Below are positions 48,114 to 51,357 of a DNA stretch of 51,357 nt, in pieces. A program made the translations under genes and the position numbers. Under the pieces are notes generated by a model. It saw only the letters and a list, made by a program, of their open reading frames with translations, was not told the DNA's origin and searched no databases. Each line of letters begins with the position of its first letter. The stretch's first letter is position 1. The stretch is taken from contig NC_068991.1 in NCBI RefSeq assembly GCF_001194135.2, forward strand, positions 15,214,248 to 15,265,604. Reading direction: 5' to 3'. The DNA is from Octopus bimaculoides (lineage: Eukaryota).

Positions 48114-48629
48114 TGTCCTTTGTCCGTTTGAACCAGTATGTTATAGAGATTTGTTCTTTTCTGGAAGCACTCGACTGCAAACTGTGCATAGAAGAACAAA
48201 ATTTCCTCTATGCTTTTGCCAAGTTCCTGAATTGATGCATTGCACGGTTTTATTAAGAGTAACCAATTTATCACTTCCGCTGTATGTTCCATCCACAATC
48301 ATATATATTTGACATTCCAGTAATGTGCCGCTTGGAATGAAAGAATGAAAATACTCCTAGGGGTTGCATGTGTGCTGTAAAGTTTCTCTGCGAAAAGCAC
48401 GGTAATTGATATTGTCATCCATAAAGAGTGACAAGTCTTTAAACCTGTGGTTCTCAAGGGGGGTCCATGTAAGATTTTGGTCGGGGGTTCACGCAAGCAA
48501 AATAGCTCATTGAATATATACAATATTATATTAAGGATCCATGGAAATATTTCGCTTTAGATTTATTCAGATTTAGATCTTTTTGCAACCATCTTGCAGA
48601 TGCATGTGCTACCAGTTGAAAGTTCCGCA

Positions 48630-48888
48630 TACTGTTTATGAGCTCATCAAGAAAAAATGCGCACCGTTTCGGGGCCTTTCTCTCGACGGCACCATTGCGC
48701 ACCGGCCACCTTTACATGTGTGTGTGTATGTGTGCTGGTAGTTCATTTAGGCTCACCCACTCTCCTGTTAGTCTGGGTGTTATTCGAATTTTGGTCGGTA
48801 TCCCCGTCTACTACCGTGGACGGAAACGCACAATTGGCTGAATCGACAATCTTTTCTTTACCGTAAAACGTAAAGTGTGTGCGTGAAT
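48630..48888 (+). promoter_or_regulatory. CpG-rich candidate promoter / 5' UTR
   Basis: Unique sequence with many CpGs, TGCGCA at 48658 and 48696, and a reverse CCAAT (ATTGG) at 48833, immediately upstream of a signal-peptide ORF. Confidence 0.4.
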
Positions 48889-49108
48889 ATGCATTTGTTA
48901 ACGCTTCTTCTTCACTCTACTCTGTTTCTACCTCTGCTGGCTCCTGGCAAAAGCCTGCATGTGAGTTCAGCCAGTAATATCACCCCAAATATCCATCGTC
49001 TCGGCAAGATATCTTTATCTAGTCATTCAGTTTTTAATTGTCAGAAAAACCGACCACATCACGTGGGAAACTTCAGAGTAACAGGTCACAACACTTTACT
49101 CATTTGCG
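48889..49108 (+). CDS. Candidate first coding exon of a secreted or membrane protein (signal peptide)
   Basis: AAT-ATG start; MHLLTLLLHSTLFLPLLAPGKSLHVSSASNITPNIHRLGKISLSSHSVFNCQKNRPHHVGNFRVTGHNTLLIC. Donors GTGAGT after 48960 (phase 0) and GTATGT after 49108 (phase 1). Confidence 0.5.
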
Positions 49109-49384
49109 GTATGTGTGCGTGCGTGTGCGCATGGTGTGTGTGTGCATGTATATATATGTATCCATTATATAATGTGTCTGTAAATATGTATTACTACACC
49201 CACAGACACATACACACATATCGCATACAAGGACTACATTTATTTACATAAAACGTAGGCTTCGGTCCGGGGATAACATTTCGTTACTATTTCTAATTGC
49301 TTGATCGAGGTCTTGAATTCTCTTTCGTTGGCTCAACTAGCTCTAAGTTTCTGCGTATCATTACTGGTAAATGTCATTATTCAG

Positions 49385-49622
49385 CAGTGGTTTTCAACCA
49401 CTTTTTGCCAATGAAACCATTGGGTTCCTATTTTACTCGTGGGTGGAGGTGACCCTCATAGCCACTCGATGTCGAAAAACTCCTTTCATCATTTTGATTA
49501 AACATTAGGAACTGTATACAAAAATGTTGAAATATTTTGTGTATTGTAGAAATATAACCAGTTTAATGCACATAAATTTTAACAAGAAAAATCTTATAGT
49601 AGACCCTGGTTGAAAAGTGTTG
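49385..49622. mobile_element. Decayed hAT (Charlie-like) MITE
   Basis: CAGTGGTTTTCAACCA left end and TGGTTGAAAAGTGTTG right end; the flanking 8-mers TTATTCAG and CTATACAG match at 6/8. Confidence 0.6.
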
Positions 49623-50072
49623 CTATACAGTTCTGACTGAGAAAGATTTCACTCATTTTTTTATGACACGGTAACCCTATATAAACAATCCTTCCCTCCA
49701 CTGTATGCTCACATATGGGCATATTTGCGATTCGGGAAAGGATAATCTAATATGTATTAAATTTTATTTCAGTCTGGTTAGTACATTAGCATGGTATTTT
49801 GGTTTGGAAGTATGAATAATGCAGAAGTCATATTAATAAATAATATTGATTTCTCACACATTTATATTGGTTTTTAAAATAGATATTAAAAATATTATCA
49901 ATTTTCACTTAGCAATATTTTCACATTCTTGTCTAGACTAAGAAGTGAATTTTCTAAAACGACAAAAACTGAAAAAAGAAAAGAATTTAAAATTGAAAAT
50001 CGAATTGGCATCAAAACTAAAATATGAAAAGCATGGGAAGAAGAGAAAATATCAGATTTGTTTTATGGATTC

Positions 50073-50272
50073 ATATACGATTTAATTGCTTTTCCAATTT
50101 TACTCCAACATTTTAGTCTGGACCAACAGTTAAGCCTCGGAGTTTGAAATTTCAACTTCGTAAAAGAATGAAATATACGATTTAATTGCTTTTCCAATTT
50201 TACTCCGAGATTTTAGTCTGGACTAACAGTCAAACCTCGGAGGTTGAAATTTCAACTTTTTAAAAAGTGAAA
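50073..50272. repeat. Two-unit tandem duplication, 100-bp period
   Basis: ATATACGATTTAATTGCTTTTCCAATTTTACTCC... starts at 50073 and again at 50173. Confidence 0.95.
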
Positions 50273-50364
50273 TACGTTTTTGTAAAATGAAACTAGAGAA
50301 AAAAAAAAGAAACTTAGAAAATTAACATTCGGACTGAAATAAAAATTAAGTTAAAATAATTCTT

Positions 50365-50552
50365 TCTAATTTTTGGCACAAGGTAATTTTGAGGGAATGT
50401 AGAAATCGATTGTATCGATTCCATTGCTCAAATGGTACTTATTTTATTGACTCCGAATGGACGAAAGCCATCTGAACTCAAAATAAAGCCAAATGGAACG
50501 CTGCTAAGCATTTTTGTTCGATACGCTAACAATTCTGTTAGTTCACCGCCTT
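50365..50552 (-). mobile_element. Old S2 SINE
   Basis: TGGTACTTATTTTATTGAC...TGAACTCA...GCTAAGCATTT...AGTTCACCGCCTT. Confidence 0.75.
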
Positions 50553-50592
50553 TATTGCTAATTTTCTCATTTCTAATTTTTGCACATTGTGG

Positions 50593-50755
50593 AGGCGCAA
50601 TGGCCCAGTGGTTAGGGTAGCGGACTCGCGGTCATAGGATCCCGATTTCGATTCCCAGACCGGGCGTTGTGAGTGTTTATTGAGCGAAAACACCTAAAGC
50701 TCCACGAGGCTCCGGCAGGGGATGGTGGCGAACCCTGCTGAACTCTTCCACCACA
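50593..50755 (+). mobile_element. SINE S3 5' part
   Basis: Reverse-complement match to 13200-13362. Confidence 0.92.
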
Positions 50756-50764
50756 GCTATCTCC

Positions 50765-51265
50765 AGCAGCTTCCATTTATCAAATTCACTGACAAGGCAT
50801 TGACCGTCTGAAGTTGCAATAGTTATACTTGCCTAAGATGCCGCGCAGTGGAACTGAACATGAGACACGTGATTGCAAGGCGAGCTTCTTAATCACACTG
50901 CCATGCCTGTGCCTATTCTACTTGAAAATGTTAATGATATCGTTAAATATTTAAATAAACTGCATCTCTACCATATATCTGTATATTCTACTATATACAT
51001 ATTCTATTACTAGGTCATTATTCCCCAACTTCAATCTTCAACCCAGGCGCATGGCTAAAATGTAGAAAAATGTTCTTCAAAATGTCATTATGTAATCAGG
51101 CGCATGCGTGGATGTGTGATAAGAAATTCGTTTCTCAACCATGTAAAGTTAGTTTCAATGCCACTGTGTCGTACCTTGGGAAAGTGTCTTCCACTACAGC
51201 CACGGACCAACAAAAACTTTTAAGTGGATTTGTTAGACAGAAACTGAAAGAAGCCTGTCGTGTAC
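50765..51265. mobile_element. Two old S1-related heads (minus about 50765-50915, plus about 51095-51265)
   Basis: CACTTGCC/GCAGTGG/ACTGAAC/GCCTGTGCCT and CCTTGGGAAAGTGTCTTC...GAAACTGAAAGAAGCCTGTCG motifs. Confidence 0.7.
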
Positions 51266-51357
51266 ATTAAGATAAGTGCTTTCTTGTGGTTATGAGTTGT
51301 TTTAACTCCTATTTCTAGCAATAACTAGCGCCTTAATCACTATATATATATATATAT

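Noticed and set aside
48444-48500. hAT element starting CCTGTGGTTCTCAA
   Set aside because: Only one end found; no matching right TIR or TSD.
50593-50665. tRNA gene (also 13290-13362 and the S1/S2 heads)
   Set aside because: A and B boxes are present, but each continues into a shared SINE body and no complete cloverleaf with terminator is evident.

Overview
Eukaryotic, AT-rich, microsatellite-dense genomic DNA with 11 assembly gaps (about 5.0 kb of N). The SINE families and repeat landscape look like an octopus (coleoid cephalopod) genome; this comes from recognising the sequences, not from a database search. There is no complete host gene, rRNA, intact tRNA or CRISPR array, and almost all supplied ORFs are microsatellite or gap artefacts. 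The window is dominated by three tRNA-derived SINE families and decayed non-LTR retrotransposon fragments (several R4/Dong-like RLE families, a CRE-like RLE, an RTE 3' end, a CR1/L2/Jockey-group RT, a Penelope GIY-YIG). It also holds mariner remnants, MITEs and a Helitron-like remnant. The most interesting observations: (1) different retroelement families each sit in a different microsatellite (TAA, CATA, GATA); (2) one mariner appears cut in two by an ~850-bp inversion with a 5-bp microhomology; (3) a 183-bp inverted repeat encloses 1.3 kb; (4) degenerate hammerhead-ribozyme motifs; (5) a pri-miRNA-like hairpin lies just downstream of a minus-strand TATA/E-box promoter and splice donor; (6) a CpG-rich promoter is followed by a signal-peptide exon at 48.9 kb, plus a few candidate small exons.
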